Origin: Octopus vulgaris
Taxonomy: Eukaryota
Assembly: GCA_951406725.2 (NCBI GenBank)
Contig: OX597818.1
Coordinates: 20,150,001-20,214,000 of the forward strand
Reading direction: 5' to 3'
Length of the DNA stretch: 64,000 nt
Shown here: positions 25,390-37,069 of the stretch, in pieces
Layout: every line of letters starts with the position of its first letter
Position numbering within the stretch: position 1 is the first letter of the stretch
The notes under the pieces: generated by a model
The model's input: the letters and a program-made list of their open reading frames with translations, nothing else
Database searches by the model: none
Told to the model about the DNA's origin: nothing
Made by a program: the position numbers and the translations under genes

Positions 25390-25865
25390 GAGAGAGCAGT
25401 ACATGCCATCAAAGTGACACTGGGGTAAAATATAAAAAGCTCAATATAGCCATCATGACAACACGTCTGATAAGGGTACACCAGGCACATGAATCATAAC
25501 CATATGTGCGCGATATGGTGGTCTCATAGCAAGATAAACAACGCATGACTTTGCAGGTGGGGCTTGCTTAGAATTTTCTTCCGGTCAAGTAGCCCATCCC
25601 ACTCGAAAGGTCCCTAAATAAGGATTATTTAAGGATGATGATTATTTAAGGATGCTCCCCCATGACTTCTGCTCGTGATCAGAGATGCACATATTGTCTA
25701 CCACTAAAGGACATGATCAACTGATTAAGGTCAAGTAACTGACAAGCAAATTCGTGATATTGAGCAGAACATTTGCTGTAGCCCATCTTTTTATACCAAG
25801 CCAAAACATGTACATGATAACACTTCCAATCAATTAAGATGAGACGCCATAAAAGCTACTGCCTG
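25390..25865 (-). mobile_element. Family-D non-coding repeat ending in (AAT)n
   Basis: Reverse complement of 29711-30173. Confidence 0.85.
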
Positions 25866-26654
25866 ATATTTGTAACGACTCTACTAACTCGCCGCCTTTA
25901 GTTTCAAATTTTGGCACAAGGCCTACAAACTTAGAGGGTGGACTTAGTCTACCACCACATGGTCTCGGGTTCAGTGCCACTGCGTGGCACCTTGAGCAAA
26001 TGTCTTCTACTATAGCCTCGGGTCGACCAAAGCCTTGTGAGTGGATTTGGTAGACGGAAACTGAAAGAAGCCCGTCGTATATATGTATATAGGCTTACAA
26101 AGAATAAGTCCTGGGGTCGATTTGCTCGACTAAAGGCGGTGCTCCAGCATAGCCACAGTCAAATGACTAAAACAAGTAAAAGAGTAAAAGAGTAGTATTT
26201 TTGGACAAGCGCTTTATTTTACTGGCACTGGGGAGATGAAAGGCAAAGTTGACCTCGGTAGGATTTGAACTGTGAGCTATCATAATAATGGTTTCAAGTT
26301 TTGACACAAGGGTGAGGATAACTCGATTACATCGATCCCAGTGTTCGACAGGTACTTATCTTATCGATCCTGAGGGAATGAAAGGCAAAGTCGACTTCGG
26401 TAGAATTTGAACTCAGAACGTAAAGATGGACGAAATGGTGCTAAGCATTTTGCCCGGCGTGCTAACGGTTCTGCCAGCTCACTGCTAACGATTCTGCCTG
26501 TCAATCATAATAATAGAAAGAAATATTCATAGACCACAACGAAAGTATCTTCGTGTAAAGTTCTCTTAAAGTGCTCAAAATTTTTCCATCAAATTCAAAG
26601 CTGTACTTTTACTACAAACTTTTGCACCCAAAAGAAACGGTACCTAAATTTCAG

Positions 26655-26743
<89 letters not shown>

Positions 26744-27275
26744 ACTCCACTTCCAATTTAGCCTCTTATCAATACGGTCCAAGGCAAGTCCCCTCTGATG
26801 ACACCCACATCTATCTTAATATCACTCGTCTCGCTTTCTTTCCCTTTACAGCTTCCTTCTCTTTCTCCCCCCTCTCTCTCCACTACCACTCTTTCTTTTC
26901 CCCTGCTTCACCCTTATTACCTTCCTATAATTCTTCGTCTCGCCCTCCCTACCATGTTTACCCCCGTTTTTAGTCGAACTCCTACATCTAGTAATGACCT
27001 CGTTCTTACGCTCCACCGAGCATTGCTAATGAGTTATTTCGGCAAGACGCGACCGAAGACATATAACTGGAATTGTTGCTGCTGTGAGTGATGCTGCAGC
27101 TACTGCTGATGATGATGAGGTAGATGATGATCTAGCCGTCGATACTGCTGCTGTTGTATTGTTGTTGTTATTGTTGTCGTCGTTCTTGTCGTCATTTTTG
27201 TTGTTTTTGCTGTTGTTTCTACTATATTGTAGTTTTTCTCCTTAATATTATTCTTACAAACTATGATACCCTGAA

Positions 27276-27306
<31 letters not shown>

Positions 27307-27396
27307 TGTATGTATGTATGTATGTATGTATGTATGTATGTATGTATGTATGTACATATATGTATATGAATATATGTGCGTGTGTGTGTATCCTTC

Positions 27397-27538
27397 TATT
27401 AAAGATGCTAAATTATCACAGGACTGTTACTCAGAGTTTCACGTTCCCGTTCGTCCGACAGTTGTGATTACAACTGTCGGACGAACGGGAACGTTAAACT
27501 CTGAGTAACAGTTGTGTGATAATTTTGCAGCTGTAATA
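27397..27538. ncRNA. Palindrome (~69-bp arms, 4-nt centre) made of two head-to-head hammerhead motifs with a CGGACGA variant core
   Basis: Minus arm: ACUGU-CGGACGA-ACG ggaa CGU-GAAA-CUC u GAG-UA-ACAGU. The plus arm is the same with an 8-bp helix I but UAAA instead of GAAA. AATAAA follows the plus arm. Confidence 0.7.
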
Positions 27539-27599
27539 AAAGCACATTAGTATTATTAGTATTATTCGAATACTATTTTTTCCACCCTGTTTTGCACTT

Positions 27600-27815
27600 A
27601 TGTGCTCAACTACACGTGGATTGTTGGCAACTTTTTTTCCTCCGTCTTCCTTTTCTCTTCGGCTTCCCTCTGTCTCCTATTTCTGAAGAAGAGCTTTGCT
27701 CGAAACGCAAAACACCCTTTCTTCCCTTCGCTGAGCGTCTTATTAATACTTTGTATGTACCACGTCCTCACGTTGTTGTTGCTTTTTTCTTGTGTTTTTT
27801 CTCCATGTTTAATCA
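27600..27815 (+). mobile_element. Penelope-like pseudo-LTR with a degenerate minimal HHR
   Basis: UUU-CUGAAGA(27683-27689)-A-GAGC uuu GCUC-GAAA(27702-27705)-CG-CA-AAA in a pyrimidine-rich context. Related to 43930-44200. Confidence 0.65.
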
Positions 27816-27817
27816 AT

Positions 27818-27872
<55 letters not shown>

Positions 27873-28587
27873 TATCTTTTCTTTTATTTGTTTCAATCAT
27901 TAGACTACAGCGATGTTGTGGCACGGCCTTGAAGAATTTTAATCGAACGAATCTACCCCAGTACTAAATTTTGTTTTAAAGTCTGGTACTTATTCTGTCA
28001 GTTTTACCGAACCTCTAAGTTACGGGGACGGAAACACAGCAACACTAGTTACCAGGTGGTGATGGGGAACAAATACAGATATAAAGACACGAACAAGTTG
28101 ATATGTGTGTGTGTGAGAGAGTATTTGTGTATATGTATGTAAATATGTATGTATGTATATATGTAAATATATGTATATATGTAAATATGTATGTATGCAT
28201 GCAAATATGTATGATGCATGTATGTATGTATACGATGGGCTTCTTTCAGTTTCTGTCTATTCACGTCTACTCACAAAGCTTTGGTCGGTCTGAGGCAATG
28301 GTAGAAAATACTTGCCCAAGGTACCACGTAGGGGGACTGATGTCAGAATCATGGATATGGGAGACGGGACAGACATAAGGACTACAACAATCGTATGTAC
28401 ACAATATATAATGCACATCTATCTATCTACCTCACACACTCATATAAGAATGTGTATGTATGCATGTGTAAATGTATGTATATATGCATGTATTTGTGTG
28501 TGTATGTTTGTGTGGGTGAGTGTGTGTGTGTGTTTGAGTGAGTGAGTGAGTGAGTGAGTGAGTGAGTGAGTGAGTGAGTGTGTGTGT

Positions 28588-28624
<37 letters not shown>

Positions 28625-28699
28625 GAACACTGAGCGGTTATTATTCGTCTGTAAACTGAGTGGTTATTATTATGAACACTGAGTCGTTATTATTCGATG

Positions 28700-29630
28700 C
28701 TGAAGAAGGCGACAGAAAGTTTGTAAGTAGCTGCACAAGATCAAGCATTAAGGACTAATGCCAAGATAGACAAAAACCAAGTAGATTCTCAATGTAGATT
28801 ATGAAAATCAAAAGAGGAAAGCGTTACTCATATAGTAAGTGAATGTAGCATGCTGGCACAGAACGAATACAAGACATGACAATCTAGGGAGCGCAATTCA
28901 CTGGGAGCTATGTAGAAAGCTAGGATTTGAACATACAGATAAATGGTATGAACATGAACCTAATAAATTACTAGAAAGTAAGAAATACAAGATATGGGAC
29001 TTTAACATTCAGACTGACAAGGTAATAGAAACTAGAAGGCGGCGAGCTGGCAGAATCGTTAGCACGCCGGGCGAAATGCTTAGCGGTATTTCGTCTGCCG
29101 CTACGTTCTGAGTTCAAATTCCGCTGAGGTCGACTTTGCCTTTCATTCTTTCGGGGTCAATAAATAAGTACCAGTTACGCACTGGGGTCGATATAATCGA
29201 CTTAATCGGTTTGTCTGTCCTTGTTTGTCCTCTCTGTGTTTAGCCCCATGTGGGTAGTAAAGAAATAGGTAATAGAAACCAGAAGGCATGATTTGGCAGT
29301 ATTGTTAGAGAATAGAAAGTGCCAGATAATTGACTTTACAATCCCAAATGCTGAAAAAATTAATGAGAAGTATAGAAAAATTAGCAAAGCACCAGGACGT
29401 AGCTATTGAATTACAGAGACTATGGAAAATGCATGTAAAATGTATCCCAGTAGTTATAGGTGCATTGGGAAATATCCCTATAGATGGATAGAGGAAATAG
29501 ACATAAAACCCAGTTTAGTACAGCTGCAGAAAGCAGTGTTATTAGGGATAGCTAGGATACTTAGGAGGGTTTTTGGCCCGATGTTAGGACTCTTTTCCTT
29601 TCCAACAGTCTAATCTGTTGAGTGTTTATG
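28700..29630 (+). mobile_element. Dong/R4-type LINE 3' fragment interrupted by a SINE
   Basis: RHDNLGSAIHWELCRKLG, WYEHEP, WDFNIQTD and LQKAVLLGIARILRRV motifs, followed by (AAT)n. Confidence 0.9.
29038..29266 (+). mobile_element. Intact family-A tRNA-derived SINE with an 18-bp TSD
   Basis: GGCGGCGAGCTGGCAGAATCG head and GTTCAAATTCC B-box. TSD AGGTAATAGAAAC(T/C)AGAA at 29020-29037 and 29267-29284. Other copies at about 10480, 11631, 22987, 26290, 40982, 43535, 49524, 54385, 61440, 61665 and 62150. Confidence 0.95.
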
Positions 29631-29651
29631 AATAATAATAATAATAATAAC

Positions 29652-29710
<59 letters not shown>

Positions 29711-29712
<2 letters not shown>

Positions 29713-30173
29713 GATGGGCTACAGCAAATATTCTGCTCAATACCACAGATTTGCTTGTCAGTTGTTTGACCTTAACCAGTTGAGCATGTCCCTTAGTGGC
29801 TGACGATATGTGCATCTCTGATCACGTGCAGAAGTAGTGGGGGAGCATCATAGCCATGTGTTGAGAGGGATTCTTTGGGGTTTGAATAATTCACCTCTGG
29901 AAACATGGGTGGTTCTTTCAACATCCTTAAACAACCCTTATTCAGGGACCTTTTGAGCTGGATGGGCTACTCAACCTGAAGAAAATTCTAACTGGGCCCC
30001 ACCTGCAAGGTCATGTGCTGTTTATCTTGATATGAGATCACCATGTCGCGCACATATGGTTGTGATGCATGTGCCTGGTGTACCTTTATCAGATGGGTAG
30101 TCATGATGGGTATATTGGGCTTCGTATATTTTACCCCAGTGTCAATTTGATGGCATGCACTGCTCTCTCACTC
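29711..30173 (+). mobile_element. Family-D non-coding repeat embedded in (AAT)n
   Basis: (AAT)n on both sides. Further copies at 25390-25865, 61090-61413 and 61860-62010. Confidence 0.85.
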
Positions 30174-30211
<38 letters not shown>

Positions 30212-30726
30212 TAATAACAATAATAATGTGAAGGTTCGGGGCCTCGTGGTTAGGGTGTAACACTCAGTCTGATGTACGCACACACGCACACACACACATA
30301 CATACGTACAAACATACGTACGTATGTGCGTGTGTGAGTGCGTACGTGTGTTTTTGTGTTTCTCCTCCAACACCGCATGACAACCGGTGTTTGTTTGCTT
30401 ACGTCCTCGTTAACGATTCGACAGTTGAGACCAACAGAATAAGTACCAGGCTTTAAGCAAAAAAAAAAAAAAAGTACTGGGGTCGATTGGTTCGACTAAA
30501 CCCTTCAAGGCGGTGCCCCAGGATGGCCGCAGTCCAATAACTAAAACAAGTAAAAGATAAAAGACTATATGCGCCGTGTGTGTGTGTGTGTGTGTGTGTG
30601 CTTGCATGTGTATGTGCGTGAGTATGCATGTATGCTTGTGTGTATATGTGCGTTTATGGAAATGTATGTGCCCCTTAACGTTACGGTTGTTGATTTCCAT
30701 AACTTATTGTTCTTATTTTTGTTACA

Positions 30727-30793
<67 letters not shown>

Positions 30794-31366
30794 CGGTAGC
30801 AGCAGCAGCAACAGTAGCGGTAGTCACAGCACTAGACTCCCCGTTATAAACCAGCTGGTAGTCGTCTCTCAATTCCACCACCAGCACCACCATTAAACCC
30901 GCCAGCCTCACCACCGATCTCACCACGCTCATCATCGCAATAACAACAACAATAACAACAACAGTAACACTTATAATAACAATAATCGTAGTCGTACTGA
31001 TTTGTTATTTTACACAAGGTTCAAGTTAATTAAAAAAGATGTCCATAAAACAAGCCTGTTCTGATCAGGAGGTAAGATAACGCCTGTTTTGTCTGTATAA
31101 CGGGGCACTTGTTACCAACTTGTAGCTAATAGTAAGCTAACCCCACACCGCCTTAAACCACCTTACACCGCCCCCACACCACCTTACACCGCCCCCACAC
31201 CACCTTACACCGCCTCAAACAATTACCTTTAACTCTTTCACGAATCCCAATAGTCAGTAAGAAGATAACTTCAAAAAACTGTCGTCTTCTGCAATAGAGA
31301 TCTCAGATCAATAAATAAATACATAAATAAATAAATAAATAAATAAATAAAAAAATAAAGAAAGAC

Positions 31367-31405
<39 letters not shown>

Positions 31406-31629
31406 CACATGCATGGCTGTGTGGTTAAGGATTTCGCTTTGTAATCAGATTGTTTCAGGTTTAGTACTATTTAGTACTATTGCTTTGCTAGCACCTTCGA
31501 CAAGTGTCTTTTACTACACTTCTATAACACCAAGCTGACCAATGTCTTGTGAACGAATTTTGTAGAAGGGAACTTTGTGAAAGCTTGTCGAGCATATATA
31601 TATATATATGTATGTATGTGTGTGTGTGT

Positions 31630-32040
31630 CCCTCTTTCTCTTTTTTCTCTCGTTGCTCACACGTGATCATCGTCCTTCTTTCTTTTCCTCACGTGACCAT
31701 TTTTCGTTTCCTACATGACGTTCTAAGGACTGGACGTTTTCTATCTCTCTCTTCTATCTTTTCTCTTTTCACAGAAAATATTTCTTCCAGCGTTCTCTAC
31801 TTTCCTCTCGTTCTGGCCTAACGACCCTCCATGTTTGTTTATGTTCGGTTTCCTTGTATGTCTCCACTGTCCTGTTTTTGTTCCCGACTTCGACTCTCCA
31901 TATGACAGCAACTGTCTCCGAAGAGTCATATTGTCGTTGAATGCTCAAAATGAGGAGTAGATAGACAGTTGACAACTGATGAAGGATCGTTCTTTGTGTT
32001 ACTTGTCCTGTTTTCTATTTGTTTCTCTCGTTGTTTGCGT
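31630..32040 (+). mobile_element. Family-F repeat (probable Penelope-like 3' region); also at 33300-33760 (+) and 39200-40015 (-)
   Basis: Shared CTCTCGTTGCTCACACGTGA and GACGTTCTAAGGACTGGACG blocks. Relic HHR-like frame CAACTGTCT-CCGAAGA...ATGCTC(G/A)AAA...AGACAGTTG. Confidence 0.6.
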
Positions 32041-32057
32041 ATTGAACTCATTTATTT

Positions 32058-32114
<57 letters not shown>

Positions 32115-32424
32115 ATATATATTTGTATATATAGTTCACAGATGAGATCCAGAGATTCTCTGTATAGAAGACACTTAGTAGTGCTCAAAAGATTCAAACT
32201 TAGTCTCCGGTGTCTTTACAGGGCATGATTCCACAAGGTAAAGAAAGGCTGTAACAGGGATCAAGGTGAGCGTGTATAGAAGCAATTATGCGGATAAACA
32301 AATTAGACGTATCAAATATATCAAATATATTAGTTTGGGTATGAAGTACGAAATATGTATATAAGTATGCAAAACGAGAGAAAGCAAAAGGTAGAGACTT
32401 TCAAATGATGAAATTTTAAGTATA

Positions 32425-32582
32425 AATGACTGTGTGGTAAGAAGCTTGCTTTTCAACCACAAGGTTTCCGGGTTCAGTGTCATTGCGTGACACCTTGGGC
32501 AAGTGTCTTCTACTATAGCCTCGGGCCGACTAAAGCCTTGTGAGTGGATTTGGTAGACGGAAACTGAATGAAGCTTGTCGTG

Positions 32583-32653
<71 letters not shown>

Positions 32654-32884
32654 GTGTGTATGTGTGTGTGTATGTATTTGTGTGTCTGTGTTTGTCCCTC
32701 TACCATCGCTTGACAACTGATGTTGGTGTGTTTACGTCCCCTAATATAGCGGTTCGGCAAAAGATACCGAGAATAAGTACTAGGCTTACAAAGAATAAGC
32801 CCAGTGGTCGATTTGTTCAACTAAAGGCGGTGCTCCAGCATGGCCGCAGTCAAAATGACTGAAAGAAGTAAAAGAGTAAAAGAG
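32425..32884 (+). mobile_element. Family-B SINE
   Basis: Same consensus as 20451. Other copies at about 7300, 14035, 14950, 25950, 27880, 41374, 45155-45564 (-), 47125, 51555 and 53935-54342 (-). Confidence 0.92.
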
Positions 32885-34409
32885 ATATTTTTGTTCAACT
32901 TTCAGAGAGTACAAACGACAAAGAAAATTAAAGGGGTGGAAGAAAAATGTTATAAGTCCATGTTTGAACATTAGGATTTGAAATGTAAGGTCTCTACTCA
33001 TATGACGGAAGCACGTCTTATCTAATGTTAATTGCATCGATACAGCCTCATATTGAGATGAACTAAATTTACTAACATTATTATTGATCGCCGAGCCCCC
33101 AGTAACAGGTATTGAATTTATAACACCTCTCTTCCACCCTTTAATTTTCTCTGTCGTTTGTACTCTGTGTAAGATAGACCTATTTTATATTTCATACCCA
33201 AACTAATATATATATATATATATTATTTATATTATATTTGATTGAACGCCACGCATTCATTTCCAAGTAAGTTTATTTTAATCTTTTTGATGCGATTCTG
33301 CGATTCTACTCTATACTGCTTTATTCCCCATCGTTTCCTCTCTCATCCTTTTCTCTAATTCCCTTTTCTCCCCTTCACTGTTTTCTATCTGTCTCTCTCC
33401 CCTATTTCTCTTTTTCTCTCTCTCGTTGCTCACACGTGATCCTCGTCCATCTTTCTTTTCCTCACATGATCATCTTTTCTTTCAGGAATGTCCTAACGAC
33501 TGGACGTATCCTATCTCTCTCTTTCATTTTCTCTCTTGTCAAAGAAAATATTTCTCCAATGTTCGTTATTTTACCCTCGTTCTGGTCTAACGACCTTTCA
33601 TGTTTGTTTTCGTTCGGTTTCCATATATGTCGCCACTGTCTATTTTTGCTCCCAACTTTGACCGTCCATAAATCCCAAGTTTTACTTTGGTACTTATGGC
33701 AGCATCTATCTTCAAAGACTCATATTGTCGTTCAATGCTCGAAATGAAGAGTAGATAGAGTTTTAAACAGCATAACAAGATCATATAAGGACCAAATGCA
33801 CGTTTAGAAGCAATTAATATATCGAAAACAGAACAAAAGAACGCATCCAACAAATTCAAAATTATGATAACAGCTGTAGGAATTTAGACTACAAAGAAAT
33901 AGTAGAAGAAGCCTCGAAATCAAAAGATTTTGAAGAATGTTTGAAATCTTCAGCAATTCAGATTTTGAGGTTAAAGCCGGTTTATTTTTAAAAGGTTAAG
34001 GAAGATTTAATGGAATGACGGTAGAATCTTTGCAAAGGCTTGCTTTTTTTCTTCTTTTTAAATTGGCCTTTAGATTTTGAAAAGGAGCTGAGCCAGATTC
34101 TCTCAGTTGCCATACAGATTTGAACATATTCGACAACCGATTTTCTGGATACTTAAAATTTTACAAGCACAAACATTCTTTTAAATATCTAGAAACACAC
34201 GAACACACACGCATACACACATGTATATATGCATGTGTATGTGTATGCACGTATGCATGTATGTATGTGTGTATATATGTATGTCATTCAGTTTTATTTC
34301 AAGATTTCTTACCAATAGAGAAAGAGCCGGTTTCTAACCTAGATCCAAGGATCCTGCCTTGGAATTTCAACATCAACAACAGGGTATTTTTGTTTCTATG
34401 TATGTATAT

Positions 34410-35692
34410 GTATATCTAGACATGATCATATATATCTAAATGAGAAGCTTCTGGAAAGTTTTACAGATATTTACAATCCCAGTGATGGATTGGATCTGTA
34501 GTCTTCGAATCAACTTTCTCCTTTTTCGTTTTGAGAAGTCTAATGTCACAAAATTGGTATTTAGGCAGTGTGTTACATATCTCAGGATCCCCAAAATTAC
34601 AGGTATAAACCTAAACTTGTAATCTGGATAGAGTAACTGCAGATTTCTCAATAGTTCAGCGTACATATTCTCTTTTTCACTGATCTTCAGCTTTATGTTA
34701 ACATCTGCTGGGCAGCTAATTTCCACAACTGTACACAGTTTCTTTTCTCTATCCCAAATCATTATATCAGGTGTGTTGTGCTCACACTTTATTGAGGTTT
34801 CCACTGGGACATTTCACCAGTATTCCTTTTTATCATGAGTGGTTATGGCTTCTACAATATTGTGGGTTCTTATTTCTTTGTTCTCGGGGTTATCCTTCCG
34901 ACGGATTTCATTATAGAGTGCGCTAGCTACAATATCATGTCATTTTCGGACAACTGCTTACGATGTGGGTGATATCTTCAGTGTTATCAGTTGTCACATT
35001 TTACTGCTTTTCCTGCATCTCTATCCCTTGATATTTCCTGATGCTGGATTGCAAACGCATACCCTTCAAAATGGAAGGTAGTAATCAGGCTACTGGCCCA
35101 TGATAGTCTGCTTTGATATCGATGTTACAATAACCTCGGAGCTTTCTACTAACATATCCGTGCATAGGATTCTGCTGATATAGGCTCATCCTTTCATCAG
35201 ATGATACGCTGCGGTAGAGTTGTGCCACTTCTTTGAACATGTATTTAAGTTTATCAAACAAGGAATGCTGCTAAAGGAGCTGCCTTCCAAGTCTTATGAT
35301 GTTATCAGCCTCATGTATGCAAACTTGGTCAAGGGCTGCACTTCGACATTTGGTGTTTGAAAGATGCTGCCGAAAGATGCTGCGATATTCAAAGGGATTT
35401 TGGATAAGCCTCTGCCACCTTGTTTTCGTTTTATGCAGTGGCGGTCTATTTATGTGGAAATTATGTATGCTTGTTAGTATTTTTCGGGTTTTCGCATCAA
35501 TGGCTCGGATCTCATCAAGCGTCCAATCAAGCAGCCCAAATGTTGGTATGAGTACTGACACTGCAAACACATTGGGGACCACTGTTTTATTGAATGTTGA
35601 GAGTTCTGCGGTCCAGATTTTCTTTATTCGGCTGTAATGTTCTTTAGTCACACGTGTTTTGTTACAGGTGCCATTATAAGATATTTTTTTCA
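34410..35692 (-). mobile_element. Second Dong/R4-like LINE lineage, 5'-truncated, next to (TATG)n
   Basis: RT C-terminal region (NVFAVSVLIPTFGLLDWT), EGYAFAIQ and the RLE motif HNTPDIMIWD..CTVVEISCP. Frameshifted. Confidence 0.9.
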
Positions 35693-36016
35693 TTCATATG
35701 TATGTATGTATGTATTTTGACAAATACAAGGGAGAGAGAAAAAAGATACAGTTCCTTTTTTTTTTATCGCAAAATTGTTTTTGTAAATGTACAACATTAA
35801 GCATTAATATATATGTATTAAGCATTTTTATTGCTTGCGTGCATGTGTCAATGTTAGTGTATGTGCGTGCATGTATGTGTATGTGTGTGTGTATATATAT
35901 ACACACAAATATATATACATACATGCATACATATGTAATATATATATGTATGTATATGTGTATATATACATATATACACGCATAATATACATATATACAC
36001 ATATATGTGTGTGGGT

Positions 36017-36105
<89 letters not shown>

Positions 36106-36518
36106 CATACACAAACGTACATATACACACACAAACGAACACACTCTCTCTCTTACACACACGCACATGCACGTACCCACACAAATATAACAACTTGACA
36201 CTGTAACAAGAAGATTGGTGTGGGTGTGTCGGTTGTCAGTGACATGCTGTTTTACGACTTTATGATGTCAGGTTAGAGTCTGTGGGATAACGGTGAGCAC
36301 GAACAAGTCCTGTCGTCATAAATTTCACAGGGTTCATCAGATGAAGGTCTTTGACCACACGCAGCGTTTACTCTGCGTACGTACCCCTTAATACGATTTG
36401 ATATAAATAAGGCTTAATTGATATGGTCTCCATACAACAGGCAGTCAAATGCAGCCACATGAACGCACACACAAAGACATACACACACCTATGTGTTAAT
36501 GCGTACGTTTACGTAAAC

Positions 36519-36559
<41 letters not shown>

Positions 36560-36583
36560 AATAGATGGACAGATATACAGATA

Positions 36584-36740
36584 GTGTGTGTGTATCTGAC
36601 TCTATTAGGATCGAGACAGTGCAATATTCACATAATATATCATATATATGTATGTATGTATGTATGTATATGTATATATATATAATATATTATGTGAGTA
36701 TTGCACTGTCTCGAACCTCATAGAATCAGATACACACACA
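36584..36740. repeat. Inverted repeat, ~55-bp arms around a microsatellite spacer
   Basis: TCGAGACAGTGCAATATTCACATAATATAT mirrors ATATATTATGTGAGTATTGCACTGTCTCGA. Confidence 0.9.
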
Positions 36741-37069
36741 CACACACAGTCACACACACACACAAATACACTATTCTTTTATTTGTTTCAGTCATTTGAC
36801 TGCAGCCATGCTGGAGCACCACATTTAGTCGAATACATCGACCGCAGGACTTATTCATTGTAAGACTAGTACTTATTCTATCGCCCTCTTTTGCCGAACC
36901 GCTAAGTTACGGGGACGTAAACACACCAACAACAGCATTTTCAAGCGATGTTGCAGGTACAAACACAGATACACACACATACACACACACATAATATATA
37001 TAGTAGAAGACACTTCCCCAAGGTGCCACGCAGTGGGACTGAACCCGGAACCATGTAGTTCGTAAGCAA

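Noticed and set aside
29038-29125. tRNA gene
   Set aside because: The A and B boxes belong to a SINE head that continues into the SINE core and tail within a TSD.
31141-31220. C-rich 10/21-bp minisatellite as a telomeric or G-quadruplex element
   Set aside because: It is not TTAGGG, it is short, and nothing supports a function.
36338-36360. CAGATGA-A-GGTC-TTT-GACC hairpin
   Set aside because: GAAA is absent and the core is altered. At most an unprovable relic.
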